Assembly (NCBI GenBank): GCA_965205975.1
Contig: OZ242195.1
Location: 3,744,001-3,808,000 of the forward strand
Source of the DNA: Candidatus Latescibacterota bacterium
Lineage (GTDB): Bacteria > Latescibacterota > UBA2968
Length of the DNA stretch: 64,000 nt
Direction of reading: 5' to 3'
Shown here: piece by piece, positions 30,013 through 38,892 of the stretch
Layout: each line of letters opens with the position of its first letter
Position numbering within the stretch: position 1 is the first letter of the stretch
Translations under genes and position numbers: made by a program
Notes under the pieces: generated by a model
Told to the model about the DNA's origin: nothing
The model's database searches: none
The model's input: only the letters and a program-made list of their open reading frames with translations

Positions 30013-31389
30013 TCACATCTCACTTTTTACCCCTGGCTCGGGCGGATCGGGTGGCGTAGGCGTTTCTGGCGCATCTATCTCTTCATCTGAAGACAAGCTC
30101 AGACTGCCCCGACCGAGTTCAACCGCAACCTTAGCACCGCCGCCATTGAGCTGACCCGTCACCACCTGTGAGGTACGCGACACGCCGGTAATAGACAGAG
30201 GCAGATTGGTCTGGATACTCCCGCGCCCGACATAACCGTGTACATCGACTGCCGAACCATCGGGAATGGTGAGATCAACCGCGCCATCTTTATTTTGAAT
30301 CGCATAGTCATCGCCAATGGGTTTGTGTGGACGCACCACAATATTGCTGCCGCGGCTTTGTATAATGATACCCGCTTCGGGATTTTCAATTTCGATAGCT
30401 CCCCGGTTGGCCTGTACAGTAGTTGCACCGGCAATATTTTTCAGGCGCGTTGTACCGTGGCTATTTTTTGCAACCACACGTCCCCCAACCTGACCGACGT
30501 TAATTGAACCGCGGTTACTTTTTGCACTAAAATTACCTCCAACATGTTGCACCGCGACATCGCCGCGGTTCTGTTTAATCCTTATATTGCCCGACGCGCC
30601 TTCAAAAATCGTTTTACCGCGGTGATTATTGAGGGTTGCTGCACCATCAATTTGGGGAAGCGTGATATTGCCGTGCCTTGCTCGCACATCGAGATCAACT
30701 TTTTGGGGATGATGCAACTCAAAGTCGATCCGCACAGATCGAACCGGATCGTCTTTTTCCCGTTTGGGCACATTGGGTTGTATTTGCACGGCACCGGATT
30801 CCCGCCGGATTTGAACATCAATTTGCTCGGCAAAAGTCTGCACCGCTTCTTCATCAGTTCCCCAAACCGAGATTGTCGCGTCAACCTGAACCTCATCGCG
30901 ATCCCAAATTTTTGAAGTAACATGGCCTCTTGTCGTCCGCACAGATAGACGCTCAGATACCTGGATCGGCGTCGTTTCAACAAATTGTCGAACAGCTTTT
31001 TCGGGATGCTTTCTATCGCTATCTTCCACCCATTGTGAAACGGCTTCAGACGCTGTTTGCATCGCTTCCTGAACAATCTCGCCCACATCGGGAATTGAGC
31101 GCGTGGCTTCGCGCACTATGCGATTGACATCGGGCATCGCCTCGCGCACCGCGCGTCTGGCTCTGGGCATCGCCTCACGCAGGGTCTCTTGCGCTTCCCG
31201 AATGCGTTTTTGCACCTCAACCTGAATATCTGCGCCGCCAGAGCGTCGTCGTCGCCGCTGGCGCTGACGACCTTCACCTCGCGGTTCTTCTGCAGTATCT
31301 CCGAGCGCATCGAGTAATTTCACGGCATCTTCTGCCGTTATTTTGCCATCTTGAATCATCTCCAGAACTTTCATGCGTTCTTCTTTCAC
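30013..31389 (-). CDS. DUF4097 beta-strand-repeat protein with an N-terminal SHOCT-like domain (LiaX/YvlB-like)
   Basis: EERMKVLEMIQDGKITAEDAVKLLDAL followed by repeated ..NRG.I beta repeats. Confidence 0.85.
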   Translation of the reverse strand: MKEERMKVLEMIQDGKITAEDAVKLLDALGDTAEEPRGEGRQRQRRRRRSGGADIQVEVQKRIREAQETLREAMPRARRAVREAMPDVNRIVREATRSIPDVGEIVQEAMQTASEAVSQWVEDSDRKHPEKAVRQFVETTPIQVSERLSVRTTRGHVTSKIWDRDEVQVDATISVWGTDEEAVQTFAEQIDVQIRRESGAVQIQPNVPKREKDDPVRSVRIDFELHHPQKVDLDVRARHGNITLPQIDGAATLNNHRGKTIFEGASGNIRIKQNRGDVAVQHVGGNFSAKSNRGSINVGQVGGRVVAKNSHGTTRLKNIAGATTVQANRGAIEIENPEAGIIIQSRGSNIVVRPHKPIGDDYAIQNKDGAVDLTIPDGSAVDVHGYVGRGSIQTNLPLSITGVSRTSQVVTGQLNGGGAKVAVELGRGSLSLSSDEEIDAPETPTPPDPPEPGVKSEM

Positions 31390-31404
31390 GATATACTCCT
31401 TTCT

Positions 31405-31794
31405 TTATTTTTTGTTTATCCTTTTAAGTTCTTCCGCTGCATCCTCCACTGAAATCTCGCCGGATTCGAGACGGTCGAGCACCTCTTGCTGAGACGCAGC
31501 GGACAAATCTTCCACCTCGGGATGTGTCCCCGTTGCAAAACCGAGTTCTGCAATCACATCGTCGAGATGGTTGCGAATCGTGCTATAGGGCACGCGGAGT
31601 TCGCGCGTCATCTCTTTGACATTGCCGCGCAATCGGACAAATGTCTCGACAAAAGCCAGATTTTCGGGCGATAGACGGTTAAAAATTGTGGGCTGAAACT
31701 CTCCAATAACCTCACATTCACATCGCGTACAGCGAATGCGGGTGACAATCACATCATTCTGACAGGCTGGGCATTTCTCAATAATTTTACGCAT
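31405..31794 (-). CDS. DUF2089 family protein (Zn ribbon + HTH + SHOCT-like)
   Basis: CPAC..C..C, F..LS.E...F...F...RGNVKEM...L.V.Y.TIR..LD, C-terminal L..GEISVE.A. Confidence 0.88.
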   Translation of the reverse strand: MRKIIEKCPACQNDVIVTRIRCTRCECEVIGEFQPTIFNRLSPENLAFVETFVRLRGNVKEMTRELRVPYSTIRNHLDDVIAELGFATGTHPEVEDLSAASQQEVLDRLESGEISVEDAAEELKRINKK

Positions 31795-32046
31795 ATTGAT
31801 CCTTTTTTTCACTTTAGACATCATTTTAGACAAAAAGTTTCATTAAAATATAAAATATTTCACAATAAATGCAATTTATTTTTTACAACTATTGGTCTTT
31901 TAAATCAATTTGACTACGTTTTTATATTTATCTGACAGACTGGACTAAGGCAATAAACTGATTTGAAGGACCAAAACCTTCTCATTTGACTTTTTCTAAT
32001 AATTTCTTTCCTTGTTATACCCCTTCACCCCAAAACGAGGCACCCA

Positions 32047-34638
32047 ATGACACGCCTACTAATCGTCCTCATCGCATTGATCGGCCTGGGCACACCGGCT
32101 CATTCTCGCGTTGACATCAGCTATTACCTGCCCGAAAGCACGACCTACGACCCCAACATCCCCACACCCGAAGCCTTTTTCGGATTTCAGATTGGCGATT
32201 GGCACCTGCGGCACGACCTCATCGTAAACTACATGCACACATTGGCCGAACGCTCTGACCGCATAGTCCTCACGCAATACGCCCAAACACACCAGCAACG
32301 TCCCCTATTATTACTCACCATCACATCCCCACAAAATCACCAGAACCTCGAAACCATCCAGATACAACACCGGCAACTCACAAACCCGGACCAGTCGCCC
32401 GCGCTCGACATCAACACAATGCCCGTAGTCGTGTACATGGGATATAGCATCCACGGCAATGAACCCAGCGGAGGCAACGCCGCGCCATTAATTGCATATC
32501 ACCTATCAGCGGCGCAAGGTCCCGCCATAGACAACCTCCTCGCCAACGCCGTCATTTTGCTCGATCCCGTATCCAATCCCGACGGCTTTAGTCGCTTTGC
32601 ACACTGGGCAAACATGTACCGCAGCAAACAACTCGTTGCCGATCCCGAGCACCGGGAACATCGAGAAATCTGGCCGAGCGGACGCACCAACCACTACTGG
32701 TTTGACCTCAACCGCGACTGGGTATTTATCCAGCATCCCGAAAGCCGAGGGCGGATTGAAACATTCCACGCCTGGAAACCCAACATGCTCACCGACCACC
32801 ATGAAATGAACACCAATTCCACTTACTTCTTTCAACCGGGCATACCCTCGCGCAACAATCCCCTCACGCCAGCACGCACTTATGAACTCACCGCTGCAAT
32901 CGCCGAACGCCACGTCAGCGCGCTCGATAAAATTGGCACACTATATTACACACGGGAGTCATTCGACGACTTTTACATCGGCAAAGGATCGACCTATCCC
33001 GATCTCAACGGCGGCGTGGGCCTTCTCTTTGAGCAAGCCAGCGCACGCGGACTTATGCAAGAAAGCATTCACGGACCGATCTCCTTTCCCTTTGCCATAC
33101 GCAATCAGATAAGAACCGCCCTATCAGCGCTCCAGGCAGCCCGTGAACTGCGCACCGAACTGCTATCGCATCAGCGCGATTTTTACATCTCCGCAACCCG
33201 GGAAGCCGAGGGTGCCGCCATCAAAGCTTATGTTGTTGGCGATCCGGATGACCTGGCGCGCACCCATCATTTTCTCGACATACTCCAACAGCACCACATA
33301 CAGATCTATGACCTCGCACGCCCCATGCGCGTCGGCAGTCAGACCTTCCAGCCCGGCTCGGCCTATATCATTCCCACCGCGCAACCGCAATACCGCTTGC
33401 TCACCAGCCTGTTTGAACGCCGTACCACCTTTACAGACAGCTTATTTTACGATGTCTCAGCCTGGACACTGCCCCTATCATTTAACATGCCCCTATTAGA
33501 AATCAAATCGTCATCCCAGGAATTTATCGGCGACCTCTTGCCGCCGTCTAAATTTCCTCGTGGCCGTCTGTCTGTCTCCAATCCGGAGATCAATACTTAT
33601 GCGTACCTTTTTGAGTGGAACGGACATTATGCACCCCGCGCACTCTACCGCCTGCAAAAAGCCGGCATAAGAGCCAAAGTAGCCTCGCGACCGTTCAGCA
33701 TGCGTATTTCCTCAGACTCGGAGAATGAGCGCTTATTTGACTACGGCACCATACTCATCCCCATGGGCATTCAAAAAAATGATCCACAAACAATTCGAAA
33801 CCTCATGCAAACAATCGCACGCGAAGATGCTCTCAACGTATTTGCCGTCTCCACCGGACAGACCGACAGCGGTATTGACCTGGGCAGCCCGGGGTTTGTC
33901 CCCCTCGAAACACCTCAAATAGCCCTTTTAATTGGCAAAGGCGCCGATGTCTATAACGCCGGTGAAGTGTGGCATTTGTTAGACCAGCGCTATAATATGT
34001 CCATCAGCCTCATAGACGCCAGCCATGTGCGCGATATAGACCTCAATCGCTATAATACAGTAATCGCAGCAGGCGGGTCGTATAGCAACCTCGACTCTAC
34101 TGGCGTCAACGCCTTAAAACAGTGGTTGCGCCAGGGCAACACACTCATAGCACTCAACAGTGCGGTTCGCTGGGCCATCAATTCCAAACTCGCCAGTGCC
34201 CAATTCGTCGAGCGAAATCGAGAAAATTACAGTGACCGCAAAGCTTATATCGGCGCCCCCAGCGACCGGGGAGCGCAAATTATTGGCGGTGCCATCTTTC
34301 GGGTTCACCTGGACCGCACCCATCCCCTCGCCTATGGGTATCGCGATGACAGCCTGCCAGTCTTTCGGCGCGGCACACTCTTTATCAAACCTGCAAACCC
34401 TTATGCCACCCCTTTGCAATACGCCAAACAGCCCTTGCTCGCAGGTTATATCTCTGAACAGAACCACAATTACATCGCCGAAACCGCATCCACTCTCGTC
34501 GCCAAACAGGGCTATGGCCGCGTCATACTCATGCTCGACAACCCCACCTTCCGCGCCTATTGGTACGGCACCCAAAAACTCTTTGCCAACGCCCTCTTCT
34601 TTGGTCCCACCATCAGTCTTAGCACATTGGACGAATAA
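32047..34638 (+). CDS. Secreted M14 zinc carboxypeptidase with a C-terminal GATase-like domain
   Basis: Signal peptide; HGNE, NPDG, R.NHY.FDLNRDW, DHHEM. Confidence 0.88.
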   Translation: MTRLLIVLIALIGLGTPAHSRVDISYYLPESTTYDPNIPTPEAFFGFQIGDWHLRHDLIVNYMHTLAERSDRIVLTQYAQTHQQRPLLLLTITSPQNHQNLETIQIQHRQLTNPDQSPALDINTMPVVVYMGYSIHGNEPSGGNAAPLIAYHLSAAQGPAIDNLLANAVILLDPVSNPDGFSRFAHWANMYRSKQLVADPEHREHREIWPSGRTNHYWFDLNRDWVFIQHPESRGRIETFHAWKPNMLTDHHEMNTNSTYFFQPGIPSRNNPLTPARTYELTAAIAERHVSALDKIGTLYYTRESFDDFYIGKGSTYPDLNGGVGLLFEQASARGLMQESIHGPISFPFAIRNQIRTALSALQAARELRTELLSHQRDFYISATREAEGAAIKAYVVGDPDDLARTHHFLDILQQHHIQIYDLARPMRVGSQTFQPGSAYIIPTAQPQYRLLTSLFERRTTFTDSLFYDVSAWTLPLSFNMPLLEIKSSSQEFIGDLLPPSKFPRGRLSVSNPEINTYAYLFEWNGHYAPRALYRLQKAGIRAKVASRPFSMRISSDSENERLFDYGTILIPMGIQKNDPQTIRNLMQTIAREDALNVFAVSTGQTDSGIDLGSPGFVPLETPQIALLIGKGADVYNAGEVWHLLDQRYNMSISLIDASHVRDIDLNRYNTVIAAGGSYSNLDSTGVNALKQWLRQGNTLIALNSAVRWAINSKLASAQFVERNRENYSDRKAYIGAPSDRGAQIIGGAIFRVHLDRTHPLAYGYRDDSLPVFRRGTLFIKPANPYATPLQYAKQPLLAGYISEQNHNYIAETASTLVAKQGYGRVILMLDNPTFRAYWYGTQKLFANALFFGPTISLSTLDE

Positions 34639-34656
34639 TCGGCGCGTTCCATCAGC

Positions 34657-34727
34657 GGGCGACCACAGGGGGTTGTCCCTACAACAAACCACAATATCAT
34701 CGTAGGGGACGGCCCCTGTGCCATCCC
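34657..34727. repeat. REP pair (type A reversed + type B forward, GTAG ends facing inward)
   Basis: GGGCGACCACAGGGGGTTGTCCCTAC ... GTAGGGGACGGCCCCTGTGCCATCCC. Confidence 0.8.
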
Positions 34728-34741
34728 AGTATTCAGCGAAT

Positions 34742-34784
34742 AACAAAAGAGCACTGATTCTAAGAACCAGTGCTCTTTTGTTTT
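34742..34784. terminator. Bidirectional terminator
   Basis: aacaaaagagcactg...cagtgctcttttgtt between convergent genes. Confidence 0.8.
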
Positions 34785-34806
34785 ATCCGCATCAGGGCTT
34801 TTGTTT

Positions 34807-35577
34807 TCACCGTTGAATATCATAGCGCGTGGCATCTTTGGGCACGGGCAAAACAAAATCTTCGTCTGACAGACCCATATTAATGGCACGCGATTTGACC
34901 TGGATGAGCATCACATCCTCACCTTGCTGAATCTCGATGCGACGGGGTAGTGCAAAGCCGTCATCCATGCGATAATCGGACAGAATGCGCGCCGATACGA
35001 GTTGCCCATCGGCATTATAAACTCTTTCTTCGCGCAAAAAACCCGTACGCGCTTCAATCCAGAGACGGCGCAAATAGAGGTCGTGTTGCAACTCGAGAAA
35101 GATATTTTTTTCTCCGGGTTCAAAACGCACCACACGGGAGGCATCCAGAGGGGAAAGATTGGGCAGACCGAGAATAGCGCGATCGTACGCATAATAGGAC
35201 AAATCAACATCCGTGAGTACGTAGAGCACATCTTCGGGATTGCCCACGAGATAGTGATTCTCGCGGGGCAGGTGAACGTGTAGCGTATCGTTTTGGGCAC
35301 GCGCGGCCATGACCACAGTGCCGAAACCGCCAACGACGAGTTTGAGATCCGAAGGGAATCGGTGGCGCACAAGCGCAGAAGCCCTGCGTTCGCGCACCCC
35401 ATCAACAGTGAGATCAACACTGGCGCGAACCTCCTGATTGTACAAACTGTCGTAGCGGGTAGCGATGAGATGGAAAAATTCGGTTGAAGAAGTAACAGGC
35501 GGCAAAAGAGCGGGGCGATTGGCGACACAGCCAACGATCAGAAAGAGGAGAATAAGTAGGCATCTACGATTGTGCAT
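34807..35577 (-). CDS. DUF4292/LolB-like lipoprotein
   Basis: Lipobox IVGC; LolA/LolB-like C-terminus (DYR..DG..LP..IEI...F.LPVP); lies downstream of a TPR gene. Confidence 0.7.
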   Translation of the reverse strand: MHNRRCLLILLFLIVGCVANRPALLPPVTSSTEFFHLIATRYDSLYNQEVRASVDLTVDGVRERRASALVRHRFPSDLKLVVGGFGTVVMAARAQNDTLHVHLPRENHYLVGNPEDVLYVLTDVDLSYYAYDRAILGLPNLSPLDASRVVRFEPGEKNIFLELQHDLYLRRLWIEARTGFLREERVYNADGQLVSARILSDYRMDDGFALPRRIEIQQGEDVMLIQVKSRAINMGLSDEDFVLPVPKDATRYDIQR

Positions 35578-35602
35578 TGAGCCTTTGGGGCGGTAGGGTG
35601 GG

Positions 35603-35655
35603 ATTCGTCTATTCGTCTATTCGTCTATTCGTCTATTCGTCTATTCGTCTATTCG
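35603..35655. repeat. Tandem octamer (ATTCGTCT)x6 plus a partial unit, adjoining a truncated GTAGGGTGGG REP start
   Basis: Six perfect copies at 35603-35650 plus ATTCG; GTAGGGTGGG at 35593. Confidence 0.9.
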
Positions 35656-37556
35656 GAATAACTGGCGTCTTTGGAAAGATTTTTGAATTTTTCCCGCAGA
35701 GTCTGGTTATCGGGATCAAATTCTATAGCGCGTTCATAATGATGGCTTGCGCGGGAGAAATCGCCCATTTTGTGCGCTGTGTCTCCCGCGTGCTCGTGGA
35801 TGACCGCGAGATTTTCGCGCAGACCATCTACGATCGGGGAATTGGGATTGGTTTGGCGAAGGATTTCTTCCTCTACGGTGAGTGCGCGGTCCAACCAGCG
35901 CGCGGCATTTTCATACTGTTTGAGCTGATAATAGACCCAGCCGAGGCTATCGAGATAAGCACCATTCTCAGGGTCATTTTTCAGGGCGCGTTCAATTAAC
36001 TTTTTCGCTTCAGTGAGGCGTTCACCGCGCTCGGCGAGCATATACCCCAAATAATTGCTGGCCTCTGCGTGATCCTGATCCAGTGCCAAAAGACGTTGAA
36101 ATATAGCGACAGCGCGATCGAACTGTCCCGCCCGTTCAAGACTGCGCCCCAGATCAAAGAGCACATGCTCGAGAAATTCGGGATTGTCTTCCGTATCTGT
36201 GATAAGTGGCTCCAGCAGGGGAATGGCTTTTTCCCAGTTGCGATCAAAAAGATATGTACGCGCCAGTTCGTAGCGAAAACCCGTGTGCTCTGGCCTCGCG
36301 TCAACAGCCTGTTGATAGATATTGCGCGCACTGGCAATTTCGCCCTGCCGCAGATAAACGCGGGCGAGGTCAAACGCGATTTGATCGTAATACTCGCTTT
36401 CAGAGCGCGTGTCTCGATGAAGTTTTTCCAAAATCTGTTGCGCGCTTGCCCAGTTTTCTTCAACTCTGTAAGAACGGGCTATACCGAGATGATATTCGGT
36501 CTTTTCACCCTGCAAGTTGGCGTGGCGATAAGTTTTGCGCGCATCTGCCGTACGATTGACATCGAGCAACAAACGGGCTTTTGTGCCCAGCAGGGTCTGA
36601 TTTTCGGGATCGGTTTGCAACTGGTGATTGAGAACGCGTTCGGCCATATCGGCAAATAGCATTCTCTCATCGTGATCGTGACGGCCCCTCACCATTCTGA
36701 GAAGCACATTGCCCAACCGATTGACCAGGTGGGTATCTGGTGGCATTTCTTCAAGAATGCGATTTAGATGGTATTTGTGAGTATAAATATGTACTAATTG
36801 AACCCAGACTGGAACAGTCTGCTTGGTAACGTTATAATCTCGCCGCGTGATTATCCGCCGAAAATTTTGTTCAGCAGATAGCGTATCGCCCCGAGAGAAC
36901 TGTGTTATGCCCAGTTGAAAAAGGAGATCGTCGTTATTGGGATCATCTTCGAGGATATCGCGATAAATTTGCGCTGCTTTGTCAAACGCGCGCAGCCGAT
37001 GGTAGTTCTCAGCGGCAAAGAGCTTTTCCTGCGCGCCCTGTCCTGGAATAGCAACAATGCTGTCAAGCACCGTTATGACTTTACTGCGCTGCCCCCGGGC
37101 ATTGTAAATTTGGAGAAGTTGATTATAAGCACTCAGGTCTCGCGGCGCGAGTCGCACAATAGTATTTAACTGGTCAATAGCTGTGGTAGTATCGCGCAAG
37201 CCCCGGCTGAGAGCGTGATAATAGAGCCAGCGGGTCTGCACATTTTTGGGATCAATTTGAATGGCTCGCCGCGCGGGTTCGACCGCATCTTGAAACCGTC
37301 GAACAGCATTGAGATTGCGAGCCAGTGCGCTGTAAAGCGTCGCAGAAGTCGAATCGTACTGCACAGCAGCTCGCAGTTCGGAAATAGCCTGATCGCGTTG
37401 GCCTGCGGCTTCTGCAAATCGCGCCCGCAAAAAGTGCGTAACAGCCTGGGGATGCGGAGGTGTTTTCTTTGGTACAGACCGCAAGCTAATTTGCGGTTGC
37501 TGCGCTGTTGCACAGCCGATGAGCAATGTAAGCAAACATAAGAATGTGTAACGCAT
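35649..37556 (-). CDS. TPR-repeat lipoprotein
   Basis: Lipobox LIGC; many TPRs; NYLGY.LA...AYLDSLGWVYY..HAGD C-terminal signature. Confidence 0.88.
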   Translation of the reverse strand: MRYTFLCLLTLLIGCATAQQPQISLRSVPKKTPPHPQAVTHFLRARFAEAAGQRDQAISELRAAVQYDSTSATLYSALARNLNAVRRFQDAVEPARRAIQIDPKNVQTRWLYYHALSRGLRDTTTAIDQLNTIVRLAPRDLSAYNQLLQIYNARGQRSKVITVLDSIVAIPGQGAQEKLFAAENYHRLRAFDKAAQIYRDILEDDPNNDDLLFQLGITQFSRGDTLSAEQNFRRIITRRDYNVTKQTVPVWVQLVHIYTHKYHLNRILEEMPPDTHLVNRLGNVLLRMVRGRHDHDERMLFADMAERVLNHQLQTDPENQTLLGTKARLLLDVNRTADARKTYRHANLQGEKTEYHLGIARSYRVEENWASAQQILEKLHRDTRSESEYYDQIAFDLARVYLRQGEIASARNIYQQAVDARPEHTGFRYELARTYLFDRNWEKAIPLLEPLITDTEDNPEFLEHVLFDLGRSLERAGQFDRAVAIFQRLLALDQDHAEASNYLGYMLAERGERLTEAKKLIERALKNDPENGAYLDSLGWVYYQLKQYENAARWLDRALTVEEEILRQTNPNSPIVDGLRENLAVIHEHAGDTAHKMGDFSRASHHYERAIEFDPDNQTLREKFKNLSKDASYSE

Positions 37557-37560
37557 GATC

Positions 37561-38811
37561 TTAATCCCTATGTGGGCGAATTTTTGATTTGGATTTTTTG
37601 AACTCCCACATCAGTTCGCTGCGGCCAAAATCGGTTTCGCGAGACTGCACGATGAGTTTGATGTACTTTGTCTGATCTGAAACAACCGGTGTTTTCATAA
37701 CCGTGTGCGCAGAAAAATAAAGTATAAGCAATTTTTCATTGCCCACATAAGTAATATTCATGGGGGGTTCTGCAAAATAGCGCACTTTTTCACCGGGCGT
37801 ATAAGTGGGAGAAATATACGTACCAAATACATCCGTAACTTCCATTTCTCTGCCCGGTACAGAAACTTTGAGTGCTTCGAGCGGATAAAATGCCCGTTCT
37901 TCAATTTTGTCGGGTTCATACCCGATCTCTTCGCTGTCTTCGAGGTAAATTATCCAGCGACTCAGATCGAGATACGCCTTGTCGTAAATGGTATTGAATT
38001 TTAAGCGAATTTGAATATCGTCATCGAGTCGGTTTTGGCTGGCATACGCATCCCATGTCTGGGCAGAAATGCTGTCGGGACCGTAGTGGGTTTGCAACAT
38101 GTCAAATTCTGAACGCACGAGATCGGGGACGTAAAGCGTAGCTGAGATGAGCAGTGGGGAACGCACGACGCGATAGCGTTCGGAAACGTTCAACTCTCGG
38201 AATTGCAAATCGGGATGTTCGGCAATACTCGGCGCCTGTGACAAATTGTCTATAGGACGCACCGTGGGAACAAAGCTGCGCACAGTCCATACCTTGAGCA
38301 ATTGCGGATATGTCCAGGTATTATCTGGATCGGGTTCTGAAGGCAGGACGAGTTTATAGACCTCTTTTTTTCCCGAAAATTCGGGAAAAAGCGGGGAGTT
38401 TTGAACGTGGTAATAGGGATATTGTGCAATGGGAACGGCAAAAACATCGCCCTTGCCAATGAGTTTATCCAGGCGTTCAATTTGCTTGCTATCAAGCGCA
38501 GTTTTGAGCGCATCAAACACGGCGCTGGCACTGTCATTAGCACTTTGTCTCAGATTTCTCAGATCTTTGAGTTTGGGAATATAGCCCTGCCACAAAAGGG
38601 CTTCATTGGTACGGCGCGCGCGTTCGGTTTGATATTCAATCACGACATCGCGAAGTGCGGAAACGCGTTTGGCAATATGCTCTTTCTGATCGCCCTTCGC
38701 CTTGAGGTGTTTGCTCAACCGATCCGCTTCAAGCAGGTCCTTCGTATTGGCACCCCAGGCAGTTTGAAGCGCAAAAAGGAAAATCGCGACAAAACTTGCT
38801 CGGAAAAACAT
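37561..38811 (-). CDS. Hypothetical secreted protein
   Basis: 416-aa ORF with a signal peptide (TAWG-A), co-oriented between rnr and the TPR gene. Confidence 0.7.
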   Translation of the reverse strand: MFFRASFVAIFLFALQTAWGANTKDLLEADRLSKHLKAKGDQKEHIAKRVSALRDVVIEYQTERARRTNEALLWQGYIPKLKDLRNLRQSANDSASAVFDALKTALDSKQIERLDKLIGKGDVFAVPIAQYPYYHVQNSPLFPEFSGKKEVYKLVLPSEPDPDNTWTYPQLLKVWTVRSFVPTVRPIDNLSQAPSIAEHPDLQFRELNVSERYRVVRSPLLISATLYVPDLVRSEFDMLQTHYGPDSISAQTWDAYASQNRLDDDIQIRLKFNTIYDKAYLDLSRWIIYLEDSEEIGYEPDKIEERAFYPLEALKVSVPGREMEVTDVFGTYISPTYTPGEKVRYFAEPPMNITYVGNEKLLILYFSAHTVMKTPVVSDQTKYIKLIVQSRETDFGRSELMWEFKKSKSKIRPHRD

Positions 38812-38892
38812 GATATGTCCATTGTTGAATATTTTGATTTAAAACCAATCCCTATTTTAATGTTTGAGAGTCCAAAAGGTTCAAAATTGCGT

